The notes below the pieces were generated by a model. The model made no database searches and was not told the DNA's origin. It saw nothing but the letters and a program-made list of their open reading frames with translations. From the NCBI GenBank assembly GCA_964016885.1, contig OZ024743.1:117676001-117740000 (forward strand): DNA of 64,000 nucleotides. Direction: 5' to 3'. Shown piece by piece: positions 48,801 to 62,147 of the stretch. The DNA comes from Eledone cirrhosa (Eukaryota). A program made the position numbers and the translations under genes. Position 1 is the first letter of the stretch. Each line of letters begins with the position of its first letter.

Positions 48801-50338
48801 CAGGTATTATTTATCTCAGTACTCAGATCATTGTCTGCTTCGGGTGGTTCCTCCGTTCTCAGGACCTCCTCACCTTCATTTCCCACCGGCTCGCTTGTCT
48901 GGCATACTACACCCGCCATCTCCAAGCCATTCTCTCTGCTCAGTTCCTCCAGTTCCAGCTCGCTTATCCACCCATTAGTTCTTATTACCCGAGCCTGCCC
49001 GGCCAATTTTTGTTCATCTAATTTAAATAAACCAATCTCGTTCCAGATGTTATGCATCCGTCTCCTGTAGCCCCTCTCCTTGGGGTTACTTTTCAGGTAG
49101 CATTGCATAACAGTTCTATTCAATTCTTTCGTCCAGTTGGTTCTGGCCCCTTTCCTTCTTCTCCTTCCTCCAACATCAGCAGTATTTGGTTGACAGTCAG
49201 GTTCCTGCTGCTGAGCCAGGGGGCACCTGTTGGGTGAGAGTCTGTCACATGACGTTCTAGTCTCCATTTCACCGTTATTCGAACTGTTTATGTTCGATAT
49301 TTAAACACTCTTATCGAGGATTGGCGAATGTATGTTTACATAGCCATCTGTGGATCCGCCATCCCACTTGGCCCTTGTGTGGCATTATCACCACGCTGTA
49401 TACGAACACACATAAACAAACAAACACACAGGCAGAAAGGGCCCCAGAAATGAATAAGCATAAGTTTCATTGTAATGTAGTGTTCGAATGTCTGACTTAG
49501 TTTTAGTTTTTTAAGTTTTACTTTTTCCCCCCTCTTCTCTGTCCGTCCGCCTGCTTCTCTCTTCATTCTTATTTTCTTTACGTTTTTGGGGTTTCTTTTT
49601 TTTGTTTTTGTTTTTCTCTGTTTGTTTTTCTCGTTTTTTGCTGTTGTTGCTGTGCTGCTTTGGTTTTGTTGTTTGTTTTTTCTTTTTTTCTTTTGGGTCT
49701 ATCTATATATTTTGATGCCTTCCTCTTTGTTAGTAGTAGGAATTCTATAATGTGGAAGTAGCAGCCAGCAGGGAAGTGGGAGACTGGCGGCGTTAGCGAT
49801 ACTGAGACAGTGGTGGTGGTGATGTCGATACCGAGGCAGTGGTGGCGGTGATGTGACCGTATTACTGTAGTGATGGTGCTGTAGCGGTGTCAAGGGGTGG
49901 TGGCGGCGGTGATGGGATAGTGGTGGTAATGATGGCCGTAGTGAGCGGTGGCGGTGAAGGTGAAAATGTGTCGTTATCTGGCTGTTGTGTTTAGTGTACA
50001 CAGATGATGGGGTGGGTGGTGTATCTAGTTTCTGGTGTTGGTGAGTTTAGCTGTCCTATATAGTGTAGCCAGAGGAGAGGAGGGGAGGGGTTCTTCTTCC
50101 ATTTATAGCCATTTTTTTTGGGGGGGGGATATACAGTGTACAATACAAAGTTGAATATTTGAATATTTGAGCCTTATAACAATATATTTTGGGTCCGAAT
50201 TTTTTGGGGCTCAAGCCGGGTGCTTTACGTAGCATTTGTCCTAAGAGTTGTTATTTCACAAATGGTTTAAATATGTTAAAAATTCAAAACTTACGGGAGC
50301 GATTTCATGACCTCCGTCACCTCGTGCGTCTTCTTCCC
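45801..50338 (-). mobile_element. Full-length R4-clade (Dong-like) non-LTR retrotransposon, copy 1
   Basis: Bounded by (TAA)n at both ends; single RT-RLE ORF; collinear with copy 2 end to end. Confidence 0.9.
45875..49267 (-). CDS. Reverse transcriptase + CCHC finger + restriction-like endonuclease (1130 aa), R4/Dong-like
   Basis: [97 protein letters not shown]. Confidence 0.95.
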   Translation of the reverse strand: METRTSCDRLSPNRCPLAQQQEPDCQPNTADVGGRRRRKGARTNWTKELNRTVMQCYLKSNPKERGYRRRMHNIWNEIGLFKLDEQKLAGQARVIRTNGWISELELEELSRENGLEMAGVVCQTSEPVGNEGEEVLRTEEPPEADNDLSTEINNTWNRDTATEEMNADGLGQDSVDILNLVVDELNNDSGRPMNLRFVDRKKLKETTAKVNKVIPYLEARSLHQCNNILRATANTVRKLLGIKAGGNNRQERAEPWWKKRLSGQIGEMRNDIGKLESLLNGTLKNIGTKNRLEIKYKTRSKKLNIIIEELKQRIVAKSAKIRRYENRVSQYKQNRMFDNNQKMLFGQLEGKERGNDLIPGAEQTKTFWRGIWEQDVRHNAQAGWIETVQREIGEQAQQQTDLSITVETLKGQAKKLTNWKSPGPDGVQGYWIKHLTSLHPKLTAMFNDCLVSGEVPEWLTKGTTVLIMKDRIKGNDATNYIPITCLPVMWKLLTSIVSEEIYHHLHTNNLLPDEQKGCRKKSRGTKDQLLIDKMVMGNCRRRHTDLAMGWIDYRKAFDMVPHSWITKSLEIFRVADNIRQLLGRSMGSWETELTSTGVSLGSVKIKRGIFQGDSLSPLLFVLALMPLTIVLRKVRAGYKLGRGELTINHLLFMDDLKLCGKSEKELDVLVDTVRIFSSDICMQFGIGKCGVIVMKRGRLSRSNGIQIPTGEMIKEIVSEEGYKYLGVLEADGIKNKKMKELLRTEYIRRVRSVLKSHLNSRNAISAVNSRAVSIIRYSAGILRWNVAEQKEMDRKTRKLLTIYNMFHKRSDVDRLYLRRSEGGRGLISIEDCVQMEKNNLYKYVTYSKEPMLRAVLKKGTVGQGMSREEITSRRKSSLKGKPLHSTFFEKTEFRDPQTWNWLRRGDLKKATEGMLMAAQEQALKTKWLKHYIYKEEASPLCRICGEREETVAHIVSECKHLAQTHYKGWRHDVMGRVIHWHLCKVNNLPHSEKWYEHRPEAVMENNQVKVLWDFRIQTDKKLEHNRPDLVVVDKEKRSCLIVDVACPFDTRVQEKEREKINRYQDLKWEVKRIWNCHEVKVIPIVIGALGTISKSFQGWLKKIGPFTLFGTLQKACLLGTARTLRYVLNI

Positions 50339-50415
<77 letters not shown>

Positions 50416-50416
<1 letters not shown>

Positions 50417-53400
50417 CTTGAATCTCAGTCATTGATGTTAGTTAACTGGAAAGTCCGTTGGAATGAATATCAAGCCACTACCTGCAGCCTCAGATATTCA
50501 GGACGTATCGGAGGGTTCTTGCTGTTCCCAGCAAGCATGCCTTTTGAAGCGTTCCAAAAAGCGTGAAGGGGCCGATTTTCTTTAACAATCCCTGGAAACT
50601 TTTGGAGATAGTCCCCAGTGCGCCTATGAGAATCAGGATCACTTTGACTTCATGGCAGTTCCAAATCCTTTTTACCTCCCACTTTAAGTCCTGGTATCGG
50701 TTAATTTTCTCCCTCTCCTTCTCTTGCACTCTCGTGTCGAATGGGCAGGCCACATCCACAATCAGACACAATCTTTTTTCTTTGTCCACAACCACCAGGT
50801 CAGGTCTATTGTGTTCCAGTTTCTTGTCCGTCTGTATCCTAAAATCCCACAGCACCTTCACCTGATCGTTCTCTATCACCGCCTCTGGCCTATGCTCATA
50901 CCATTTCTCAGAATGGGGTAAATTGTTTACTTTGCACAGGTGCCAGTGGATCACCCTGCCCATCACATCGTGTCTCCAGCCCTTATAGTGGGTCTGGGCT
51001 AGGTGTTTACACTCGGATACAATGTGAGCCACAGTCTCCTCTCTCTCTCCACAGATCCTGCACAGTGGGCTAGCCTCCTCCTTGTAAATATGGTGTTTCA
51101 ACCACTTCGTTTTGAGGGCCTGCTCCTGCGCAGCCATTAACAATCCTTCTGTAGCCTTTTTAAGGTCTCCTCTTCTCAACCAGTTCCATGTCTGTGGATC
51201 TCTAAATTCAGTTTTCTCAAAGAAGGTACTATGAAGGAATATTTCCTGAAGGCTGCTCTTTCTCCTTGATGTTATTTCCTCCTTGGACATCCCCTGGCCT
51301 ATTGTCCCCTCCTTCAGTACATTTCTGCGCATTGGCTCCTTACTATACGTCACGTATTTGTGTAGGTTGTTTTTCTCCATCTGAACACAGTCCTCTATGC
51401 TGATAAGACCTCTTCCACCCTCAGATCTCCTTAGGTAGAGTCTATCGACATCACTCCTCTTGTGGAACATGTTGTAGATAGACAATAGCTTCCTAGTCTT
51501 CCTATCCATTTCTTTTTGTTCAGCAACATTCCATCTCAGAATTCCCGCACTGTACCTAATAATAGACACAGCTCGGGAATTTACTGCGCTTATGGCATTT
51601 CTGCTGTTCAGATGTGACTTCAATACGCTCCTTACTCTCCGAATGTATTCAGTTCTTAACAATTCCTTCATTTTTTGGTTCTTTATGCCATCAGCCTCCA
51701 GAACGCCCAAATACTTGTATCCTTCCTCAGAGTCAATTTCCTTTATCATCTCACCTGTTGGTATCTGGATTCCGTTACTTCTGCTCAACCTACCCCTCCT
51801 CATCACAATGACTCCACACTTACTGATACCAAATTACATACATATATCACTGCTGAAAATACGGGCAGTGTCAACAAGCACATCCAACTCCTTCTCACTC
51901 TTCCCGAAGAGCTTAAGATCGTCCATGAAGAGGAGGTGATTGATGGTAAGCCCTCCCTTTCCCAACCCGTATCCTGCTCTCACTTTTCGCAGTATACTGG
52001 TCAGGGGCATCAGGGCAAAGACAAATAACAGAGGGGACAGGCTATCTCCCTGGAAGATACCTCTCTTGATCTTCACGCTTCCCAAGGATTCTCCAGTTGA
52101 AGTCAACTCTGTTTCGCAGGACCTCATACTCTTGCCCAACAACTGTCTGATGTTATCTGCCACCTTGAAGATCTCCGGGCTTTTGGTGATCCAAGAATGA
52201 GGCACCATGTCAAATGCCTTTCTGTAGTCTATCCATCCCATGGCAAGATCAGTGTGTCTCCTCCTGCAATTCCCCATTACCATCTTATCAATAAGCAACT
52301 GGTCCTTTGTACCACTTGACTTCTTTCGGCATCCTTTCTGTTCGTCCGGTAACAAGCTGTTTGTGTGGAGGTGATGGTAGATTTCCTCACACACATGCTC
52401 GTCAACAGTTTCCACATTACGGACAGACATGTGATAGGTCTATAGTTGGTAACATCATTACCCTTGATTCGGTCTTTCATTATCAGAACTGTGGTACCTT
52501 TTGTCAACCACTCTGGTACCTCACCTGACATCAAGCAGTCATTGAACATGGTTGTCAGTTTCGGGTGGAGGGATGTTATATTTTTAATCCAATACCCCTG
52601 CACACCATCTGGGCGTGGTGATTTCCAGTTGGTTAGTTTTTTGGCCTGCCCCTTAAGAGTTTCAACTGTGATACTCAAATCAGTTTGTTGGTGTGCCTGC
52701 TCACCGATCTCCCTCTGTACTGTCTCAATCCACCCTGCCTGGTCATTATGTCTATCATCCTGCTCCCATATTCCTCTCCAGAATGTTTTAGTCTGTTCCG
52801 CCTCAGGGATCAAGTCGTTGCCTCTTTCTTTCCCCTCAAGCTGTCCAAACAGCATCTTCTGGTTGTTGTCGAACATGCGGTTCTGTTTATACTGACTGAC
52901 TCTGTTCTCGTATCGCCTGATTTTTGCACTCTTTGCTACAATGCGTTGCTTCAGTTCCTCTATGATAATATTTAGCTTTTTCCTCCTAGTTTTGTACTTT
53001 ATTTCCAGTCTATTTTTAGTGCCTATGTTTTTTAGTGTCCCATTCAGTAGTGACTCAAGCTTTCCAATGTCATTTCTCATTTCCCTGATTTGACCACTCA
53101 GTCGTTTCTTCCACCAAGGCTCTGCTCTTTCTTGTCTGTTGTTTCCTCTCGCTTTTATACCAAGTAGTTTCCTCACCGTATTTGCTGTTGCTTTGAGGAT
53201 ATTGTTGCACTGGTGAAGGCTCCTCGCCTCAAGGTATGGGATGACTTTGTTTACCTTAGCTGTTGTTTCTTTTAACTTTTTCCTGTCCACAAATCTTAGA
53301 TTCATAGGTCTCCCACTATCATTGTTCAATTCATCTACCACTAAATTTAGGATGTCAACCGAATCTTGTCCTAGCCCGTCAGCATTCATCTCCTCAGTGG

Positions 53401-55114
53401 CTGTATCTCTGTTCCAGGTATTATTTATCTCAGTATTCAGATCATTGTCTGCTTCGGGTGGTTCCTCCGTTCTCTCGACCTCTTCACCTTCATTTCCCAC
53501 TGGCTCGTTTGCTTGGCATACTCCACCCTCCATCTCCAAGCTAATCTCTCTACTCAGTTCCTCCAGTTCCAGCTCGCTTATCCACCCATTAGTTCTTATT
53601 ACCCGAGCCTGCCCCGCCAATTTTTGTTCATCTAATTTAAATAGACCAATCTCGTTCCAGATGTTATGCATCCGTCTCCTATAGCCCGTCTCCTTGGGGT
53701 TACTTTTCAGGTAACATTGCATAACAGTTCTATTCAATTCTTTCGTCCAGTTGGTTCTGGTCCCTTTCCTTCTTCTTCTTCCTCCGACACCAGCAGTATT
53801 GGGTTGACAGGCAGGTTCCTGCTGCTGAGCCAGGGAGCACCTGTTGGGTGAGAGTCTGTCACATGACGTTCTAGTCTCCATTTCACCGTTATTCGAACTG
53901 TTTAGGTTCGATATTTAAACACTCTTATCGAGGATTGGCGAATGTATGGTTACATAACCATCTGTGGATTCACCGTCTCCGGTGGTTGCGTCGCTCCACT
54001 TGGCTCTTGTGTGGCATTATCACCACGCTGTAGACGAACACAAATAAACAAACAAACAAACAGGCAGAAAAAACCCCAAAAATGAATAAGCATAAGTTTC
54101 ATTGTAATGTAGTGTTCGAATGTCTGACTTAGTTTTTCCCTTCTCTTCTCTGTCCGTCCGCTTGTTTCTCTCTTCATTCTTATTTTCTTTACGTTTTTTT
54201 TTTTGTTTTTGTTTTTCTCTGTTTGTTTTTCTCTTTTTTTTTGTTGTGGTTGCTGTGCTGCTTTAGTTTTGATTTTTGTTTTTTTCTTTTGAGTCTATCT
54301 CTATATTTTGATGCCTTTCTCTTTTTTAGTAGGAATTCTATAATGTGATGGCAGTGCTGTGCTAGCAGCAACTAGCAGGAAGCAATGGGAGAGAATAGCC
54401 GCGGTAGCGAGACTGAGACAGTGGTGGTGGTGATGTCGATACTGAGGCAGTGGTGGTGGTGATGTGATCGTATTACTGTAGTGATGGTGTTGTAGCGGTG
54501 GTAGCAATGAAGGAGTGGTGGCGGCGATGATGGGATAGTGGTAGTAATGATGGATGGGCGGCGTTGCCGTTACTGATGTCCGTCGGTGAATCTATGGGGT
54601 TAGTCGCGTGCATGTGTTGACATAAATTCCCTTAATGTTGGAATTAAACATTTTGTTAAAACTTGGGACAATAATAATAGTATTTATTATTATCATTATT
54701 ATGTTGAGATTGGTTGTGGTGGTGGTGAAGTTGCTGTTATCTGGCTGTTGTGTTTAGTGTACACAGAGAGGTGATGGGGTAGGTGGTGTATCTAGTTTCT
54801 GGTGTTGGTGAGATTGGTGTTGTTTGGCTGTTCTATATAGTGTAGACAGAGGAGGGGGGAGGGGGTTCTTCTTCTTCCATTTATAGCCATTTTCTTCTTT
54901 GAATATACAATGTACAATACAAAGTTGAATAATTGAATATTTGAGCCTTATAACAATATATTTTGGGTCCCAATTTTTTTGGGGCTCAAGCCGGATGCTT
55001 TACGTAACATTTGTACTAAGAGTTGTTATTTCACAAATGATTTAAATATGTTAAAAATTCAAAACTTACGGGAGCGATTTCATGACCTTCTACCACCTCA
55101 TGCGTCTTCTTCCC
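50416..55114 (-). mobile_element. Full-length R4-clade (Dong-like) element, copy 2
   Basis: Same termini as copy 1, flanked by (TAA)n; ~170-bp extra in 5' region (~54555-54720). Confidence 0.9.
50490..53881 (-). pseudogene. Disrupted RT-RLE ORF of Dong-like copy 2
   Basis: 1-nt deletion near 52395 and CAG>TAA stop at 51834-51836 relative to copy 1; ORF pieces 534, 198, 438 aa. Confidence 0.92.
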
Positions 55115-55122
55115 TAATTTTA

Positions 55123-55195
<73 letters not shown>

Positions 55196-55197
55196 AA

Positions 55198-55381
55198 GGG
55201 TGGTGGATTGGCAGTATCAGTAGAGGGTCGGACGCCATGCTTTCCAGCATAGTTACGTCCCTTTACGATCTGAGTTCAAATTCCGCCGAGGTTGACTTTG
55301 CCTTTCATCCTTACGGGGTCGATAAAATAAAGTACCAGTAATGCACTGGTATTTGCTGGCCTTGTGCCTAAAGTAGAAACA
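55198..55381 (+). mobile_element. tRNA-derived SINE, full length, (ATT)n tail
   Basis: Near-identical to the SINE at 3345. Confidence 0.9.
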
Positions 55382-55424
<43 letters not shown>

Positions 55425-55428
<4 letters not shown>

Positions 55429-55533
55429 AATCTCGCCGTGGTTAACTTTGCCTTTCATCCTTACGGGGTCGATAAAATAAAGTACCAGTAATGCACTGGG
55501 TAATTGCTGGCCTTGTGCCAAAAGTAGAAAAAA
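55425..55533 (+). mobile_element. 5'-truncated SINE copy in tandem
   Basis: Starts at the B-box (TTCAAATC); same 3' half; further 3' stubs at ~39590-39640 and ~40800-40845. Confidence 0.85.
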
Positions 55534-55541
55534 TTATTATT

Positions 55542-55582
<41 letters not shown>

Positions 55583-55844
55583 AATCATCATCATTAGTTC
55601 CTTCTATAAACTTATGTTATCTTTAGATCAATAGGCTTGCGGTAAGAAGAGAGTGTACGGAGTGTGTTGTTCGTAAAACTAGCGATGATCTTCTGCCGAT
55701 CTTTTTCATAAAATTTGCTTATCGTCGTGTCTATCTTAATCATAGCCTTAACAGCCTAACCTTCTAACACTTTAACCTTTGAATCCTAACCCGAATCCAC
55801 TTTTGGCTTCAGATCTTTCCACTTACAAAAACATTTACAAGAAC

Positions 55845-57345
<1,501 letters not shown>

Positions 57346-57439
57346 ATTTACGTTCCCCAGAGATTTAAGTTTCCCTTAGTCCACTGCATAAAGAACGATA
57401 CGACATATGTGCTTTGATCAAAGATGTTTATGCAGAGAG

Positions 57440-57613
57440 AGAGAGGGGCGTGGGATCAGCTCCAGTTCTTGACTGGATATTTATATATCGACTTCGAAAT
57501 TATGAAAGACAAATCCGACTTGGGCAGGTTTTCAACTCAAAGCGTAGAAAAACGTAACAACTACAGAAGAGTGTTCGTCCCGGTGCACCAATAATTTTTC
57601 CAATTCCACGCCA
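57440..57613 (-). mobile_element. Old diverged relative of the SINE
   Basis: Reverse complement aligns: GGCGTGGAATTGG...GAGTTGAAAACCTGCC...TTTCAT...GTCGAT...CCAGTCAAGAACTGG. Confidence 0.6.
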
Positions 57614-57787
57614 GTAGTCATAGTTGAACTTAGGTTAAACAACGAAAGCAACAACAAATGACTCTTTTGAATAACACTTTCTCTTACTAAAAAAAAAAAA
57701 AATGATAAATGGAACGGGAGAGGTTGCATTTGGTAGTTCTAGATACAACACTGTATACAAACCCATATATATATATATATATATATG

Positions 57788-57905
57788 AAGGCTTGTGGCT
57801 GAGTGGTTAGAGAATTGGATTCGGAATCGTGAGGTTGTGTGTTCGATTCCTGAACCAGGCGATGTGTTATGTCCTTGAGCAAGACACTTTATTTCACGTT
57901 GTTTC
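57788..57905 (+). mobile_element. Second tRNA-derived SINE family, 5' part
   Basis: A-box TGGCTGAGTGG, B-box GTTCGATTCC, CORE-like TGTCCTTGAGCAAGACACTT. Confidence 0.65.
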
Positions 57906-59309
57906 TTCTACCTGGAGTTGCGACCGATAGATAGTATTAGCAATTGGAAAGACCAACGGAAACATTGTTTGCTCGGTCCGATTTCACAAAAGTCGATCGT
58001 CCCTATTATATATATATATTTGATTTTGTGTGTGTTTGTGTAATTGGAATGGCAAAAAATATTTTTTATATTCAAGAGCAAAAAATTTTATTTCACGTTG
58101 TACCTGTTCGTTCAAACATTTGGCATTCTTCTGGACAATACCGGTCGCGTGGAGAGAGGGTACTGGTATGAAAGGGCGGCTGCTAATCTTAAACCCCCCA
58201 CCACCACCACCCCCATCAGTATAATGTTATAGAATTGAAGTTCCTTTGCTCAACAATACAATATATGCGGCGATTTGGCAGGAGTGTTAGAACATCTGTC
58301 GAACTACTTTCCTGCATTCTGAGTTCATATCCAGTCGTTGTCTACTTGCGTGATAATTTTATTACGCCACTCTGTTTAACAGCTCGACATATACCTTGGC
58401 GGCACGTATATGAATTTACTGTGTTTCAAACATGCGGATCAGGTCTCAGGTTTCAGGATGCCTACTTGTCGCCATTTCTTGTTGTCTCAGAGTCCCTGAC
58501 AAGGGTAATGGACACGGATCCCCTATTAAATATGCGGTACAATGTTTTCTTTAACATCTCTATTCAGATTTTTGCGTTTAATTTTCAATATGTTGGCAAC
58601 TTTTGTGGGGCCCCGGATTAGGAAGAGAATTTCAGGGAGTTGCAATATTAGGAGAGAGACTTGGTAAGTTTAAGACATGGAGTTTGAAACAATAAGTGAG
58701 ACAGAAGCATGAAGCAGCTATGTTGCGTGGAAAGATGGAAATTAAAACGATATGCAGTTGGTTATTTCAGGGCAGATACCGCTGTAGACGAGGAAGTAGA
58801 GGCATACAGATAAAACTGTGATACTAGGATCTAACGGCTGACGTGTGTTTGTGACACATCTTTGGCCACCATTCCAACGCCCTTCTTTTGGGTTAATTCA
58901 GGATTGTTTGTTTGCATGGTAAGATATAAGATATTTGTCCCATTAATACGAGCAGTAATCTTATGTGAATTTTACATGAATTTTGTAGTGGTTAGCACCT
59001 TCTCAAGACTCAAGTATAAGGGAATGCCAGCCTTTATAAAGTAGTTTTAGCTATCTTATATGAGCATTGTCGCTATAACATATTATTAGAAATTTTAAGG
59101 ATTAGAAAATTGTAGTAACTGAGTACCTGGTGACAAGATTATCTTTATTGGAAGACGTTATACTCATGTTCTCTTATCATGGAGGCAGTGTATGTCACTA
59201 ACATGAACGTAAACAACAACCTCATCCGCTACGAGCTGATTATGCCTCCGCTGCCCCAAAAATCAAAATTAAAGTATCTGTTGTAAAATATGAAACAATG
59301 GTATATATG

Positions 59310-59316
59310 AGAAGAA

Positions 59317-59351
<35 letters not shown>

Positions 59352-59395
59352 AGAAGAAGAAGAAGAAGAAGAAGAAGAAGAAGAAGAAGAAGAAG

Positions 59396-59426
<31 letters not shown>

Positions 59427-59447
59427 TGATGATGATGATGGTGGTGG

Positions 59448-59478
<31 letters not shown>

Positions 59479-59582
59479 GAAGAAGAAGAAGAAGAAGAAG
59501 AAGAAGAAGAAGAAGAAGAAGAAGAAGAAGAAGAAGAAGAAGGAGTAGGATGATGATGAGGAGGAGGAGGAGGGGGAGATGA

Positions 59583-59616
<34 letters not shown>

Positions 59617-59681
59617 GGCGGTGGTGGTGATGGTGGTGATGATGGTGGTGGTGGTGGTGGTGATGGTGGTGGTGGTGATGG

Positions 59682-59713
<32 letters not shown>
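59310..59713. repeat. Compound (GAA)n/(GAT)n/(GGT)n microsatellite
   Basis: Direct reading. Confidence 0.97.
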
Positions 59714-60564
59714 TAGAATAGGTGGAGTCGGAAGTGGGGTAGAAAAACAAACAAACCAAAACAACTGGCACAGAAGAAACTCACCAGCTGATTGTTAATA
59801 TTCAGCTCAGCGAGATAGAGCTATCGCTATGTAGAAGTCATTTGTCTGAATAAAATACCATACGTGCAAGACACTGGGAAGATTAATGACTCAGCATACC
59901 AAGTGTAATTATATTAGAAATTATGATACGCTAAGAACTCTAATTATTGATTAACAATATTGGAAAGGAAATACGTGTAATAACAATTCTTTTCGAGTTT
60001 TCTAAATAAAACATACATCTCCCACCGCTTCTCATTTCAGATAATCATCATCAACGTTATTCTCAACATTATAAGCTACATCACTAGCATAGATAGTACA
60101 GGGACATACTGTAAGAAAGCAATGTTTTTAGTACATTTCCTCTAATTAGTACATGTATTCGCGACATGGCGCCGACGACCTGTCACGTGTCACATTTACC
60201 TTAACGTGTCAAAATCCTGAATAGTTCTTATTCTAAGGAATCAGATTTCTTCTACTCTCACTCAATTTACTCTATCTATTTCCTCACATCTCTCTATTTT
60301 TCTCTCTCTCCCTTTTCCTCAATCCATTTTTCTGTCGGTGATTTCATGTGTGAGTGTAAGCGTATGTGTGAATATGTATATGTGTGTGTTTTGTGTTGGC
60401 TGTGAGAGTGAGATTGTGTTTGTGTCTGTCTATGCATGTATGTAAACACATATAAATACATATATATGTGTCATATGGAATTATTATCTCAGTATGTATA
60501 TATGTATGTGTGCATGTATGAGTATGTGTCCATGTGTTTATGTATGCATGCACGTATGTAAGTA

Positions 60565-60637
<73 letters not shown>

Positions 60638-60643
60638 TAAGTG

Positions 60644-60674
<31 letters not shown>

Positions 60675-60842
60675 TGGAATAGAATGAAACGAAATTTCAT
60701 TTCTCACTATTAGTACGGCACTTACTTTAATGTAAGGATGTATGTATGTATACGTACATATATATATTATACAGACGTACAGCAGTATGTATATATATAC
60801 ATACTACTGTACGTCTGTATACATATATGTATGTACGTATAG

Positions 60843-60914
<72 letters not shown>

Positions 60915-60975
60915 GACGTAAAATAAGAAAATTTTTGAAAGAATTTAAAAAATTAACTCACTTACTAAAATTTTC

Positions 60976-61057
60976 ACTCCAACTAATTAGTTTCAGCAAT
61001 GGGATAAAGACAGTTAAGTAATATAACCGTCGAGAATTCATTGCGTCATCAGGGAGT
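60976..61057 (-). ncRNA. Type I hammerhead ribozyme motif, unit 1
   Basis: ACTCC-CTGATGA-[C GCAATG...CATTGC T]-GAAACTAATTAGTT-GGAGT. Confidence 0.75.
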
Positions 61058-61520
61058 CTATTCTCAGCTAAGTCTCCAGGCAATGCGCGGACACTGGGGA
61101 CTCGTATAAAAATAATAATAATTCGGTAGATGGAACAGCGAGCGGGGACTGGATTCCATGCACTGAAAAGCTTGCTGTCTCTGGTCAAATGGCAGATTCT
61201 AAAGAATCAATCACGTGACACTGAGGCTAGTCGGTAGGAGTGGGATGGTAAGATAACAGAAGCCTACTACCACACCAATAAATTAGTTGTGGTTTTGGCA
61301 GGTTTGCTCAACAAATAAATAATTTGGAGATAAATATAGAGAATTTAGTATATCTACTAACATATGCGTACAGATGTACGCTAATGCTAGCAAATACATA
61401 AGTTAAGTCATAGTACCTAGGTGGTTCAATGCAGGAGGATGCAGAACAATAATATGAAAGACGTAACATGAGAACATTTTTAAAAGAATTTAAAAAATTA
61501 ACTTACTTACTAACATTTTC

Positions 61521-61602
61521 ACTCCAACTAATTAGTTTCTGCAATGGGATAAATACAGTTACGTAATATAAACGTCGAGAATTCATTGCGTCATCAGGGA
61601 GT
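61521..61602 (-). ncRNA. Type I hammerhead ribozyme motif, unit 2
   Basis: Core and helices I/III intact. Confidence 0.75.
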
Positions 61603-62065
61603 CTATTCTCAGCTAAGTCTCCAGGCAATGCGCGGACACTGGTGACTCATATAAAAATAATAATAATTCGGTAGATGGAACAGCTCGCGGGGACTGGATT
61701 CCATGCACTGAAAAGCTCGCTGTCTCTGGTCAAATGGCAGATTCTAAAGAATTAATCACGTGACACTGAGGCTAGTCGGTAGGAGTGGGATGGTAAGATG
61801 ACAGAAGCCTACTACCACACCAATAAATTAGTAGTGGTTTTGGCAGGTTTTCTCAACAAATAAATAATTTGGAGATAAATATAGAGAATTTAGTATATCT
61901 ACTAACATATGCGTACAGATGTACGCTAATGCTAGCAAATACATAAGTTAAGTCATAGTACCTAGGTAGTTCAATGCAGGAGGATGCAGAACAATAATAT
62001 GAAAGACGTAAAATAAGAACATTTTAAAAAGAATTTAAAAAATGTACTTACTTACTAAAATTTTC

Positions 62066-62147
62066 ACTCCAACTAATTAGTTCCTGCAATGGGATAAAGG
62101 CAGTTACGTAATATAACCGTCGAGAATTCATTGCGTCATCAGGGAGT
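62066..62147 (-). ncRNA. Hammerhead motif, unit 3, core mutated (GGAA)
   Basis: A13G in GAAA. Confidence 0.6.

Noticed and set aside
49270-50338. HDV-like ribozyme at the 5' end of the Dong-like element, as known for R2/R4
   Set aside because: Could not assemble the nested double pseudoknot by eye; needs a descriptor search
45948-53851. Plus-strand ORFs overlapping the Dong-like elements
   Set aside because: Antisense shadows of the RT-RLE coding sequence
55745-55800. Degenerate TAACC(C/T) repeats
   Set aside because: Too short and irregular to call an interstitial telomere
58235-59260. Moderately GC-rich stretch with 128-aa and 60-aa ORFs
   Set aside because: No recognisable motif; start looks like a decayed SINE; rest unassignable without a search
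59229-59784. Poly-S/H/L/F ORFs on the minus strand
   Set aside because: Stop-free trinucleotide microsatellite; no splice or domain context
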